In this document: positions 53,079-64,000 of the stretch, piece by piece
Layout: each line of letters begins with the position of its first letter
Position numbering within the stretch: position 1 is the first letter of the stretch
Source: Octopus sinensis
Lineage: Eukaryota
Reading direction: 5' to 3'
DNA length: 64,000 bases
NCBI RefSeq assembly: GCF_006345805.1
Contig: NC_043000.1
Coordinates: forward strand, 112,096,001-112,160,000
Notes under the pieces: generated by a model
Seen by the model: only the letters and a program-made list of their open reading frames with translations
What the model was told of the DNA's origin: nothing
Database searches by the model: none
Made by a program: the position numbers and the translations under genes

Positions 53079-53287
53079 TTATCTACATTATTTACATTTG
53101 GCGGATATTTGTTCTCATCTTGTTTGTTGTTAACATGTTTCGGCTGGTATACCCTCCAGCCTTCATCAGGTGTCTTGGGGAAATTTTGAACCTGGGTTCT
53201 CATTCCTAAGGTATTTTTCAATGTTGTTGTTGTTGTTATTATTCAGGTCACTGCCTGGAATCGAACTCAGAATCTTGGGGTTAGTAG
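53079..53287 (-). mobile_element. tRNA-headed SINE-like element carrying an HHR-like motif
   Basis: B box GAGTTCGATTCC (53257-53268, minus), (AAT/AAC)n linker, then CTGATGA...GAAAC motif. Confidence 0.75.
53128..53174 (-). ncRNA. Minimal hammerhead ribozyme-like motif (left copy)
   Basis: GACAC-CTGATGA-A-GGCTGG-AGGGTATA-CCAGCC-GAAA-CATGTT: intact core, perfect 6-bp stem II; stem I 3' strand damaged by a 3-nt deletion relative to the right copy. Confidence 0.6.
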
Positions 53288-53294
53288 TAGTAGT

Positions 53295-53475
53295 AATAAT
53301 AATAATATCAAAAAATACTTTAGGAATGAGGACCCAGGTTTGAAATTTCCCCAAGACACCTGATGAAGGCTGGAGGGTATATTAACCGAAACGCTGTGTT
53401 AACAACAAACAAGATGACAAATATTCATCTAATGTAAATAATGTACATAATTCCTCATCTCTTAAGTATAATACT
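53295..53475 (+). mobile_element. Inverted, headless second copy of the HHR-bearing element
   Basis: Colinear reverse complement of 53079-53245, roughly 85% identical by eye. Confidence 0.8.
53355..53400 (+). ncRNA. Minimal hammerhead ribozyme-like motif (right copy)
   Basis: GACAC-CTGATGA-A-GGCTGG...TTAACC-GAAA-C-GCT-GTGTT: stem I GACAC/GUGUU intact; stem II and the triplet (GCU rather than GUU) mutated. Confidence 0.55.
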
Positions 53476-55120
53476 GTAGTATACAGCTGTATTATCCAGT
53501 ATTATATCATGTATGACTGTGGTGTTATCCTGTAGTATGTGGCAGTTGCATTTCTCTGTCTCTTTCTCTCTCTCTCTCCCACACACACACTGCCACCACC
53601 ACCACCATTATTCTTCCCTAAAATATTCACCCACCATCCTGTTTTCTTTCCTCTTATTTGTTTCAGTCGTTAGACTGTGGCCATGCTGCAGCACTGCCTT
53701 GAAGTATTTTTTTAGTCGAATGAATTGACCACAATGCTTTTGTTTTTTTTTGGTTTTTGGTTTTTAACTTCAGTACTTATTCTATCAGTTTCTTTTGCTG
53801 AACTGCTAACTTATGGGGATGCAAACACACTGACACTGGTTGTCAAGCAGTGGTGAGGGAACAAACATTGAGAGAAACACACACACACACTTATACATAC
53901 AACAGGCTTCTTTCAGTTTCCCTCTGCCGAATTCACTTGCAAGGCTTTAATCGGCCAGAGGGCATAGTAGGAGGCCCAAGGTGCCAACAATGGAGCCTTG
54001 TAGTTGGGAAGCGAGCTTCTTCCCACCCAACCATGCCTACACCGATGACAGACATATTTATCCCTCTCTTGCTCCTTAATTGAATATAGAGATTCTTGTA
54101 CTGACCACATTTTGTACTTAGATTGTGTGGAGGAGGAGGAGGGGTAGGTAGTGGACTGGTGGTGAGCTGTGTATGTCTCTCTCTTTCTCTCTCTCTCTGT
54201 CTCTCTCTTTTCAGTAATTACTTCAATATTACATAAATATACTTACTTTAGAATAACAAAGTTAAATGCTAGTAGTAGTAGTAGTAGTAGTAGTGGGTCT
54301 GATGGTAGTTTTTGTGGTGGTGGTGGTAGTAGTTCTCATACAAATATTGTTGGTAATGGAGATGGTGGTGGTGGTGTTGGTAGTACTTTTTCTGTTGTTT
54401 AAACCCAGATCTGCCCTCCTCCTCAAGTAGGCCAATGAGCAAAGACATTCCACATGCAACCATCCCATCTTTTTCTCTTTTTTTTTTAGGCCCAGGAGAT
54501 CAGATTGCACTGACCTTCCTTGTTTAAGATGATAGAAAATGAGGAAGATTTTTCTGCTATTTCTTGCAGGTTGAGTGACCATGTAGAGGCCTCCTCATTT
54601 GTGGTAGTTGTAGTAACTATAGAACAGTAGTAATGGTATTATTGTATTGGTAGGGGTGGTCATGGGGGTATTGCTGATGGTGGTACTTTTTAATGACTGG
54701 TTAACAAACCTTGGGATTTTGGGTTCAATCCTCCTGGACAGCACACTTAGATGCAAGTGTTTTCTGTTAAAGCCTCAAGTTGACCAACACCTGCTGGGTG
54801 AATTTGGCTGACAGGAACTCTGCAGAAAGCTGGTTGTATGCATGTGTTCAGCATCATCATCATCATTTTCTGTACTCATTCCATACTGGCAATAGGCTGA
54901 ACAGGTCATTACTGCTTCCCGAAATTGGTCACAGGGCTGCATCTCACTCATAGATTTTAGTCCTGGTCTCTACAGCTGGATGCCCTCCCTAACACCAGCC
55001 ACTTTGCAGAATGTGCACAGCGCTTTCTTCATGAGACCAGAGGTTGTCATGTCTTCAATAAGAGTAAAGAGGACCTTTTACACTAACACACATACACACA
55101 CTTGTATGTGTGTGTATATA

Positions 55121-55345
55121 TATTTCTTTACTACCCACAAGGGGCTAAACAAAGAGGGGACAAACAAGGACAGACAAAGGATTAAGTCAATTACATCAAC
55201 CCCAGTGCAAAACTGGTACTTTATTTATCAACCCTGAAATGATGAAAAGCACAGTTGACCTCGGAGAAATTTGAACTCAGAACGTAACGACAGACGAAAT
55301 ACTGATAAGCATTTCGCCCGGCGCGCTAAGGTTTCTGCCAGCTTG
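55121..55345 (-). mobile_element. SINE family B
   Basis: Homology to other copies, tail type 1. Confidence 0.85.
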
Positions 55346-56754
55346 CTGTGTGTGTATGTATATGTTCTTGTATGTATGTATATATATGTCATCATCATCA
55401 CCGTTTAACATCCATTTTGCATACTGGCATGTGATGTACCATTTGACAGGAACTATCAAGCCAGGGGCCACCATCATTCCCCAATGTCTGTCTTGGCTTG
55501 GTTTCTACAGCCAAATGCCAACCACTTTACAACGTAACTAAGTACTTGGTATATGGCACCAGCATATGTGTTTGTATTTTGTGGGTTAACAAGGCTACCA
55601 TTGGTTTCATGCTGGGAAGTCTTGACAATTATCAAACTCGCCATAACGGGATGTGTGTGTGTTGTCATTTACTTTTATCATAAATGATGAAAATCCGTGA
55701 CAACATTTCTGTCAAAAACAAAAAAAAAACAATGAACGATATGAGAAAAAAAAGCAACATTGGTATTCAGTCCTAAATTTGAGGAGAAGGTGTTAATTAC
55801 GTCTCCATTATTGAATTGGTTCATGTCATAATAATGATGACTAAGATAGGAGCAAAAGGGTGAGGGGGGGGGATTATGGTTTATTATATTGACACTCCCA
55901 TTCCATTCCGTGGCTGTGTATTTTATCTTCACTGAAAGAGCATCCTGCTATAGGAATCATGCCAAAGTAGACCTTGCAGCTTACCACTGTCCCCTAAGCT
56001 GTTGAATCCTGTCAAACCATCCAAATCATACCAGAATGGTAGTGGTGGTGGTGATGGTGCTTTTGCTGTTTGGCAAAAGAAGAAAAACGGATGGAAAGCA
56101 ACTTTGACCTCAATTAAATGCAGACTATGAAAGGACTGAATCATTGTTAAATTCTGCAGGGCAATTAGTGCAACATTCTACAAAATGTGTGATGGCATCA
56201 CAAATGATAATAATAATGGTTTTAAATTTTGGCACAAAGCCAGCAATTTTGGGGGAAGTGGGTAAGGCGATTACATCATCTTCACTGTTCAACTGGTTCT
56301 TATTTCATCAACCCCGAAAGGAGAAAGGCAAAGTCAGTGTCTGGAGATTGAACTCAGAACATTAAGACAAACAAAATGCCGCTAACCGTTGTGTCCAGCT
56401 AACGATTCTGTTTACTCACTGCCTTAATAATCCTTTCTACTATAGGGAACAAGGCCTGAAATGTTGGGGGAGATTAGTAGTTGATTACATTGTCCCCAGT
56501 GTTTCACTGGTATTTAATTTATCAACCCCAAAAAATGAAAGTCAAAGTCAACCTCAGTGGAATTTGAACTCAGAACGTAGCAATAGACGGAATACTGCTA
56601 AGCACTTTGCCTGGTGTGCTACCGATTCTGTCAGCTTGCTGCCTTTCACCGCCTTATTAATAATGATAATAATAATAATAATAACAATGGCTTCCCCCTC
56701 GTTATCGAGTATGGCCATTGCACAAAGTTTAATCAATGTTGTTATCATATAATG

Positions 56755-57240
56755 CCTGTGCAAGAAGATTTATTTTTAAAGTGAGGAAAGGCTGTGCACT
56801 GAGTCAATCCCACTCACTAAGCAACAGCAGCCATAATCCGAAAAGAAGAACAAGTCAACATCATCGGTAACCACTGAGCCGCAGGTTTTATGTCGGAGTT
56901 ATCCCAGTTACCTGAATTACCTTCTCCTAGAAGGATGCCCTAACAAAGGCTAGGAGTCCTTCACTCCCAATGGTTTAACCGCGCGATCGGGTATTCAGTC
57001 CGATTATTTCTATGTCCCCGCACATGATACAGCCTTAAGACATTTATTGGATGGCCGTTGACTCTCAAGAGTTCCTCTGCCCTTTGACGGGTTTTGTTTT
57101 TCATCCCACAGGGTGTCCAATAAACACCCTCCTCACCAAGCAAGCTGGGTGGGGTTGCCAGTTTAGTCACCGACGACCCAACCATGCAACAGGTTGTACT
57201 GGGTTACATGTTACCAGTAGCACTAGCATTTGTGATGTGA
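56755..57240 (-). mobile_element. RTE-type LINE 5' UTR-derived segment, CpG-rich
   Basis: Minus GGGCATCCTTCTAGGAGAAGGTAATTC (56914-56940) and ACTGGCAACCCCACC resemble RTE 5' UTR motifs as I recall them; no adjoining ORF. Confidence 0.5.
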
Positions 57241-57733
57241 CAAACTGTGTTTTGTTCATTTGTTTGCTTATGTCTGGCATAAGTTGAACAAAGACAGCAG
57301 AGCTGGTGGAATTGTCAGCACGTCAGACAAAATGCTCAGCAGAATTTCTTTCAGCTCTTTACATTCCGAGTTCAAATCCTACCACGGTCAGCTTTATCTT
57401 TCATCCCTTTGTGGGTTCAATAAAATAAAATGTCCGTCAAATAATGAGGATTAGCGTAATCAACTTGTCCCCTTCTCTTCAAAATTGCTGTCCTTCATCC
57501 CTACCAGCTCACTACCTTAACAATAAACCTCTTTTCATCCATGTAAACAATGTTGACTCTATTGTGGTGACGGCAAATCCTGTTTTTGACTGGGTGTGTT
57601 GAAACATTAATTTTCTTTAATAATCCTGTTATTAGAATGTCACATGTATTCTAACTTTTGGTAAATGCTTATAAATAATTACAAAGATGTACTTGCATAG
57701 CAAGTGATTTGATCGTGTGCTGAAACAAAAACA

Positions 57734-58002
57734 ATTGCAGTGTGGAAGGTGTTTGTAAGCCATTCAAGAACACACAAAAACCGTTAGTTTCACTTTGACA
57801 TTTAATTTTCGTTTGTGTCAAAATATTTTCGTCACTTTGAAATCGCACCCTGTTCACAAACAACACTTGGTGCTGCAATGAACAGGTCACAGCTTCAAAG
57901 CAACGAAAATATTCTGACACAAATGAAAAATTAAATGACGAAGTGAAACTAATGGATTTTGTGTGTTTTTGAATGGCTTACAAATATCTTCCATGCTGCA
58001 AT
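57734..58002. mobile_element. Fold-back element, ~123-bp arms, 22-bp spacer, HHR-like motif in each arm
   Basis: ATTGCAG...CTGTTCA (57734-57856) vs TGAACAG...CTGCAAT (57879-58002). Confidence 0.85.
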
Positions 58003-58189
58003 GGCTTATGTTTCCATGGAAGGCACAAGGCAGAGAAATTGGAGGGGTGGGTGGTCTAGTCAACTAAATATTTAGGGCTGGTACTTATTTGTCAGTCTCT
58101 TTTACTGAACTGCTAAGTTGTAGGGACATAAACACACCAATGCCGGTTGTCAAGTGGCAGTGGAGGACATGAGCACACATACATACACC

Positions 58190-58220
<31 letters not shown>

Positions 58221-58927
58221 ATAGGCTTCTTTCAGTTTTCATTTACCAGATCCCCTCACAAGGTTTTGGTCGGCCCAAGGCTAGAGTAGAAGACACTTGC
58301 CCAAGGTGCCATGCAGTGGGACTGACCCTGGAACCTTGTGGTTGGGAAGCAAACTTATTACCACACAGCTGTGCCTATCCACACAGTCACACATGTGCCT
58401 ATGAATCACACATTCACCTATTACCCCCCACCACCACCACCACGTACACACCTATGCCTATAATAATAATATACTGTAGTATGGTGTTGTGTATATTATG
58501 AGTTTCAACAAGGAAGAACCTGATTGAAATCAGAACTGGGGTGGATATAAGTTAAACCCTTAAAGGTGGTATCCCTAGCATGATTGCAGTCCAGGGCTTG
58601 AATACAGTAGAAGAATGTCTCTTTGATGAGTTAAAGTCACTCTGTTACTAATTGCTTAATTATTTTGAATGATTTTTATCTCACCTTCATTCATAACCAC
58701 CGCCACCACTATAATCACATCAGACAGACTTAACAGGATCACTTATACAAACTAACAATGGGAGAAGTGCAATGGTGATGGTTTGATGCGAGTGATGTAA
58801 TGTGAGTAATGAAATGTGTGTGGTGTAACTTGAATGATATGAGCACATTGACATGAGTGGGTGTAAGTTATGAATGACATAGCATGAGTAATGTAATATG
58901 TATGGTATAATGAGGGGAATATTTGAA

Positions 58928-59125
58928 GGGTTGGTGAAAGCGATGTGGTGGACAATGAAAAACCTGACTGATGACAGTCAAGGCTGATCTGGAACCCAAC
59001 CTAGGCCCCCATATCTATGGCGTTCGCTGCTTGAATAAAGTGTGGCTGGAGATCACGCGGTCGTTAGCCTCAAAATCGCCAGTCTGGTCGGCATTTGTAA
59101 GAGATGCAGCATCTCAAGTCAAGTC
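58928..59125 (+). pseudogene. RTE LINE ORF C-terminal fragment
   Basis: GW*KRCGGQ/MKT*LMTVKADLEPNLGPHIYG...WLEITRSLASKSPVWSAFVRDA matches the RTE C-terminal pattern (GGQ.KTW...DLE...LA..R..W...V.D). Confidence 0.65.
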
Positions 59126-59832
59126 AAAAAAGTATAGTATAATGAGTTACAGTGAGTGATGTGAAGAGAGCAATGTTTGGGAGTGATCGAATAATGTATG
59201 ACTGAGGATTGTTGAACATCCAAACCATTTACCCTCCTGTTAACCTTTGGTCGCACTGTATTGTGGAAGATTCCTTGCTCCAGACTCAGTTGTTATCCTT
59301 TCTTACTTCATACATTATTCCTTTATTCTTCCATGTGTTACAGTCCAAATGCTGTGGCTGTGCCAAGGCACCACCATTCACAATCAAAGTTGGCCACAGT
59401 AAGATTTGAACTCACAGTCTAGGGAACCAGAAAGAGTACTGCCAAACAATCCACCCCATTCTCTAATGACACTGCCAGCCCACTGTTTGATTTTCCTTTA
59501 TTTACTAACTATAGAAGTAGGGCAGTATTTAGGGCCTCTACAAACTCTCCTGTACCAAAAATAATGAAAGTGAAGGGCTCATAGCTTTGGTGCTCAAAGC
59601 TTCCCTGGATCTGAGGGGTTCCTCGATTGAACCTAGTTGGGATTTTCTCCTGTACCCGAAGAACTGAATCATTCCTGTTATCACATACATCCTACATTAT
59701 ATATACTTTTATCACATTTCACCACCTTTTCCATTTCTTTCTCTCCGTTCTTTATGTAAATCCCCACACAAATTATTGCCTGCCCTTGTGATGCTCCCCT
59801 TCACAAGGATGTCCCTGTGGCTAATAAAACAA

Positions 59833-59866
<34 letters not shown>

Positions 59867-60438
59867 TTATTATCATAAGTTAGTCAGAGAAGGATGGGAA
59901 GCACCCATGACCTTTGCGGGTCTTTCCAGTCTGGTGAGGAGATTGATATGGTTGGTGTTTAGGTATAGGTCAGGGTTTCTAAAATGCAAATTTAGGTGTG
60001 GAGGAAACGAATCTAGTGTGGTGCTGTTGTGAGAAGGGTCCGGGGTGGGGATGGGTAGGAAGCACCAGGAGGAGTTGGTGCGGTGGGGTTGTTGTAGAAA
60101 GTAAACTTTTTGTTTTCTTTCTCTTTCCTACTGATAGGAAAATTAGAGACAAAAAAAACAAAACCTCTTTGGGTGATTGGCAGGAGAGATTGATAGAGTG
60201 ACAGAGAGAGAGAGAGTGACAAGAAGGGAGAGAGAGAGAGAAGTGGGGGGGATGTAGTTGGAGAGAAAGAAGCAGGCTGACTACGAGGGGAGGTGACACA
60301 CACACACACATAGATAAAATGTTTTCAATCACATGATGCGTTTCCTGTGATCTTCCTTACTGGGAAATCACCCCACCCCCCGTTGCACACCCACGCACCA
60401 GTGTCGTAATGTTATTCAAGAGTATACATGACCTATAT

Positions 60439-60473
<35 letters not shown>

Positions 60474-60799
60474 TGACAAGCTATTCAGCTCTGCATCACC
60501 CACTTACTTCATCATTGACTCTCATACACTTCCACTATGTATACACTCACTCTCTCTCTCTCTCTCTCACACACATATATATGACATGATGTCAGAACCA
60601 CTAGAAATTCTAAAATGTAATAATATACACAAGTTGTAGAAAATGTGTGAAAGAAGAATTTGAACAGAATGTCAGTCAATAGAAGTATTGTTGTTGTTGT
60701 TTCTAGCTGGGTGGTTCTACTTGTTAAAATACTATTCCATGCTGAATTTGAATTGTGGAGTCCTGAGAAATGGGATGGATTAAGATAATCCATATGCTT

Positions 60800-61145
60800 A
60801 TCTACCTACCTACCTGACAGTTCAACCATATATCTGTCTGTCTGTCTACCTATCTATCTATCTATGTCTATCTATCTCTATCTATCTATCTCTATCTATC
60901 TGTCTATTTGTCTGTGTATCTTTCTGTCTATCTATCCATTCATCCATCTATCTGCATATCTTTATATTTGTCTGTTTCGCTACATATCTGTGTGTATATC
61001 TATATAGCTGTCTGTATATCTATTCGTATATCTTTGTATCTGTCTGTATATCTATCTGTATATCTATATATCTGTGTAAATATCTATCTGTATATCTATC
61101 CATACATCTGTCTGTATATCTATCTGTCCATCTGTATATCTCTGC
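60800..61145. repeat. Degenerate (TCTA)/(TCTG) microsatellite
   Basis: Directly visible. Confidence 0.85.
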
Positions 61146-61593
61146 CTTTCTCTCTCATGCCCACCCTACAGACACTCCTTTCTGTCACTGGCTCACATGG
61201 TTCCCATTGAGATATTTGGCTTTTATATTAAACCAATCAAGTGACCTTCGTTGCTGGTACATGTGGTCTTTATTTTGAAGGCAGTGGCGGTGGGGAGATT
61301 GTTGAGGGGAAACTTGGCTGTTACCCTGAGTAAAGTCATTTGACAAAAATAGAGGCTCCTTCACTAGCTCACTGTATTTTCTTTTATGCTTGTACTTGTT
61401 TGCCATGCTGGAGCACCCCCTTTAGTTGAAGTGATCAACCCAAGGACTTATTCTTTGTAAGCCTAGTACTTATTCTGTTGGTTTCCTTTGCTGAACTGCT
61501 AAGTTACGCAGATGTAAACACATCAGCATCAGTTGCCAAGCGATAGTGGGGGGACAAACACAGACACATACACCAACACACACACACACACAC

Positions 61594-61649
<56 letters not shown>

Positions 61650-61734
61650 CAACAATTGAGGGTAAAATTAATTAATTATTAATCAATTTCACCAAGTATT
61701 CAGTATGTAAAGGACCATTTAAGGCGAATTCAAA

Positions 61735-61952
61735 ATATTACATTTTACAAAGGGCTTAGTAAAATAAATTACTTTGCCACATACTGAACTCATTAGAAAT
61801 AGCAGCCAAAAAAAATTTTTTTAGCCAAATTCTAATACTTAAAGAAATTTTCTTTAAGTATTAGAATTTGGCTAAAAAAATTTTTTTGGCTGCTATTTCT
61901 AATGAGTTCAGTATGTGGCAAAGTAATTTATTTTACTAAGCCCTTTATAAAA

Positions 61953-61961
<9 letters not shown>
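61735..61961. repeat. Near-perfect ~227-bp palindrome, 1-nt spacer at 61848, in an element flanked by (TA)n
   Basis: ...TAATACTTAAAGAAA-T-TTTCTTTAAGTATTA...; two mismatches and one homopolymer indel across ~113-bp arms. Confidence 0.95.
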
Positions 61962-62010
<49 letters not shown>

Positions 62011-62559
62011 TTCAGTGTTTAATAAAATGAAGTAGCATGAAACAATTGTACTACTCTACCTTGGATATCCTTGTTGCTTATTTTGAGTATATATGTATGT
62101 GTATATATATGTATATACATACGATGGGCTTCTTTCAGTTTCCATCTACCAAATCCACGCACAAAGCTTTGGTCAGCCCGAGGCTATAGTAGAAGACACT
62201 TGCCCAAGATGCCATGGAGTGGGACTGAACCTGGGACCATGTGGTTGGGAAGCAAGCTACTTAGCACGTTTATTTTTTTATTCTTTACTAAATTCACCCA
62301 TTGAACTGTGATCATGCTGGAACATCCAACTTTGAAACTTCTGTCACGTTAACTCCAGTGCTTAGTTTACTCTTGTCCTTATTTTATCAATCTCTATTTA
62401 ACAAATGGCTAAAGTCTACTTTTTGGCATAGTTTTCCATTCATATACGTACACAAAGACACACACTCTCAGATATCAATGTATGCATATATACCAGGACT
62501 TTGACAAATCTGATTTGTTGGTTGATCAAACAATTGATTAGTTAACCAATTAATTAATA

Positions 62560-62998
62560 ATCAGCACAAGGCCAGCAAGTTTGGGGGAGGGTGGTAGGTC
62601 AATTACACCTCCCCAATGCTCAACTGGTACTTATTTTATCAACCCTGAAAGGCAAAGTTGACCTCAGTGGAATTTGAACTCAGAACATAGCGGCAGACGA
62701 AATACCTATTTCTTTACTACCCACAACGGGCTAAACACAGAGAGGACAAACAAGGACAGACACACGGGTTAAGTCGATTATATCGACCGCAGTGCGTAAC
62801 TGGTACTTAATTTATCGACCCCGAGAAGATGAAAGGCAAAGTCGACCTCGGCAGAATTTGAACTCAGAACGTAACGGCAGATGAAATATGGCTAAGCATT
62901 TCACCCGGCATGCTAACGTTTCTGCCAGCTCGCCACCTTTTGGACAAAATACTCCTAAACATTTTGTCCAACATGATACCAATTCTGCCAGCCCACCA
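62560..62998 (-). mobile_element. Nested SINE family B (young copy inside an older copy)
   Basis: Old head 62941-62998, young copy 62708-62937, remainder of old copy with tail type 2 at 62560-62707; duplicated GTATTT(C/T)GTC. Confidence 0.75.
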
Positions 62999-63334
62999 CC
63001 ATAAAACCAATTGGCTAGTAATAATAAAGGAAGTGAAATAAAACCAGTGCATGTGTCATTGGCTTAATGACCCACCCAGAAGACAGGAAAATATCTGACA
63101 CACACCTGCACAATTTCAATCTACACTGGAAGCACTTCTACTGCAAAGCGGACTTCATTACTCTGCTGGAGCACCCCCTTTAGTTGAAGAGATCAACCCC
63201 AGGGCTTATTCTTTGTAAGCTTAGTACTTATTCTGTCGGTTTCTTTTGCTGAACTGCTAAGTTATGCAGACGTAAACACACCAATATCGGTTATCAAGCG
63301 ATGGTGGGAAGACAAACACATACACACACCAATA

Positions 63335-63520
63335 TCATCATCATTGTTTAACGTCCGTTTTCCATGCTAGCATGGGTTGGACAGTTTGACCGGGATCTGG
63401 GAAGCCAGGAGGCTGCACCAGGCTCCAGTCTGATCTGGCAGAGTTTCTACAGCTGGATGCCCTTCCTAACACCAACCACTCCGTGAGTGTAGTGGGTGCT
63501 TTTTACGTGCCACCGGCACT
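63335..63520 (-). mobile_element. RTE LINE 3' UTR (family C)
   Basis: (ATC)n then the shared terminal module. Confidence 0.85.
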
Positions 63521-64000
63521 GACATAATATACATGAAAGAAGCCCATCGTATATATATATATATATATACTGTACTGATATAACAATAAAATATTCTCCC
63601 ACACAGAAAAATAAGAGCAGATAAATAGCAAGTGATAGTAATAATAATATTGATTTCTACAATTTGTACAAGGCCTGAAATTTTGAAGGGAGCAGCTTGG
63701 TCAGTAGTGTTGATGCCATCCCTCTACTGGTCCTTTGTTGTATCTACTCCAGAAGGAAGGGCATCCAGCTGTAAAAATGATGCCAAAATAGACCTTGACT
63801 TGTGCTGGTGCCATGTAAAAAGCATCCAGTCCTCTCTGTAAAGTGGTTGGCGTTAGGAAAAGTGTCCAGCTGTAAAAACCATGCCAAAACAGAGTTTGCT
63901 GCAGTGGTCCAGCTTGCCAGCTCCTGTGAAACTGTCCAACCCCTGGCCTTCATAGAAGGAGGGCATTGATGGAATAAAGCACTGAGATCAATGGTATTGC

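Noticed and set aside
59568-59608. TGAAGGGCTC...GCTCAAAGCTT, a faint HHR-like echo with palindromic AAGCTT
   Set aside because: It lacks both the CUGA and GAAA cores; too degenerate to call.

Overview
Repeat-dense, AT-rich eukaryotic DNA with no recognisable host protein-coding exon, so it is probably intergenic or deep intronic. The SINE/LINE/microsatellite landscape is what I recall as typical of octopus (coleoid cephalopod) genomes; this is an inference, not a database result. Contents: (1) many copies of several tRNA-headed SINE families; (2) many 5'-truncated RTE-clade LINE 3' ends with (GAT)n tails, plus decayed CR1, Tx1/L1 and RTE ORF relics; (3) non-autonomous DNA elements (Helitron, TTAA piggyBac-type MITEs, a pogo/Tigger-type MITE); (4) micro/minisatellites and an ~850-bp pyrimidine-dominated tract. 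The long ORFs in the track are repeat artefacts or LINE relics. The most interesting signal is a set of unrelated short non-autonomous elements carrying minimal type-I hammerhead ribozyme (HHR)-like motifs (6.9 kb, 53.1-53.4 kb, 57.8 kb). They share an extra purine after A9 and a palindromic, loop-less stem III of the dimer type described for Penelope-like elements. One has a tRNA-derived Pol III head, and one shows an apparent G3-C8 compensatory core swap. Two of them are fold-back (inverted) structures. Two near-perfect spacerless palindromes (37.9-38.2 kb, 61.7-62.0 kb) and another fold-back (28.4-28.7 kb) are also present. Family names and HHR assignments come from visual inspection and recall and need computational and experimental confirmation. 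Many more degenerate SINE fragments exist than are listed.
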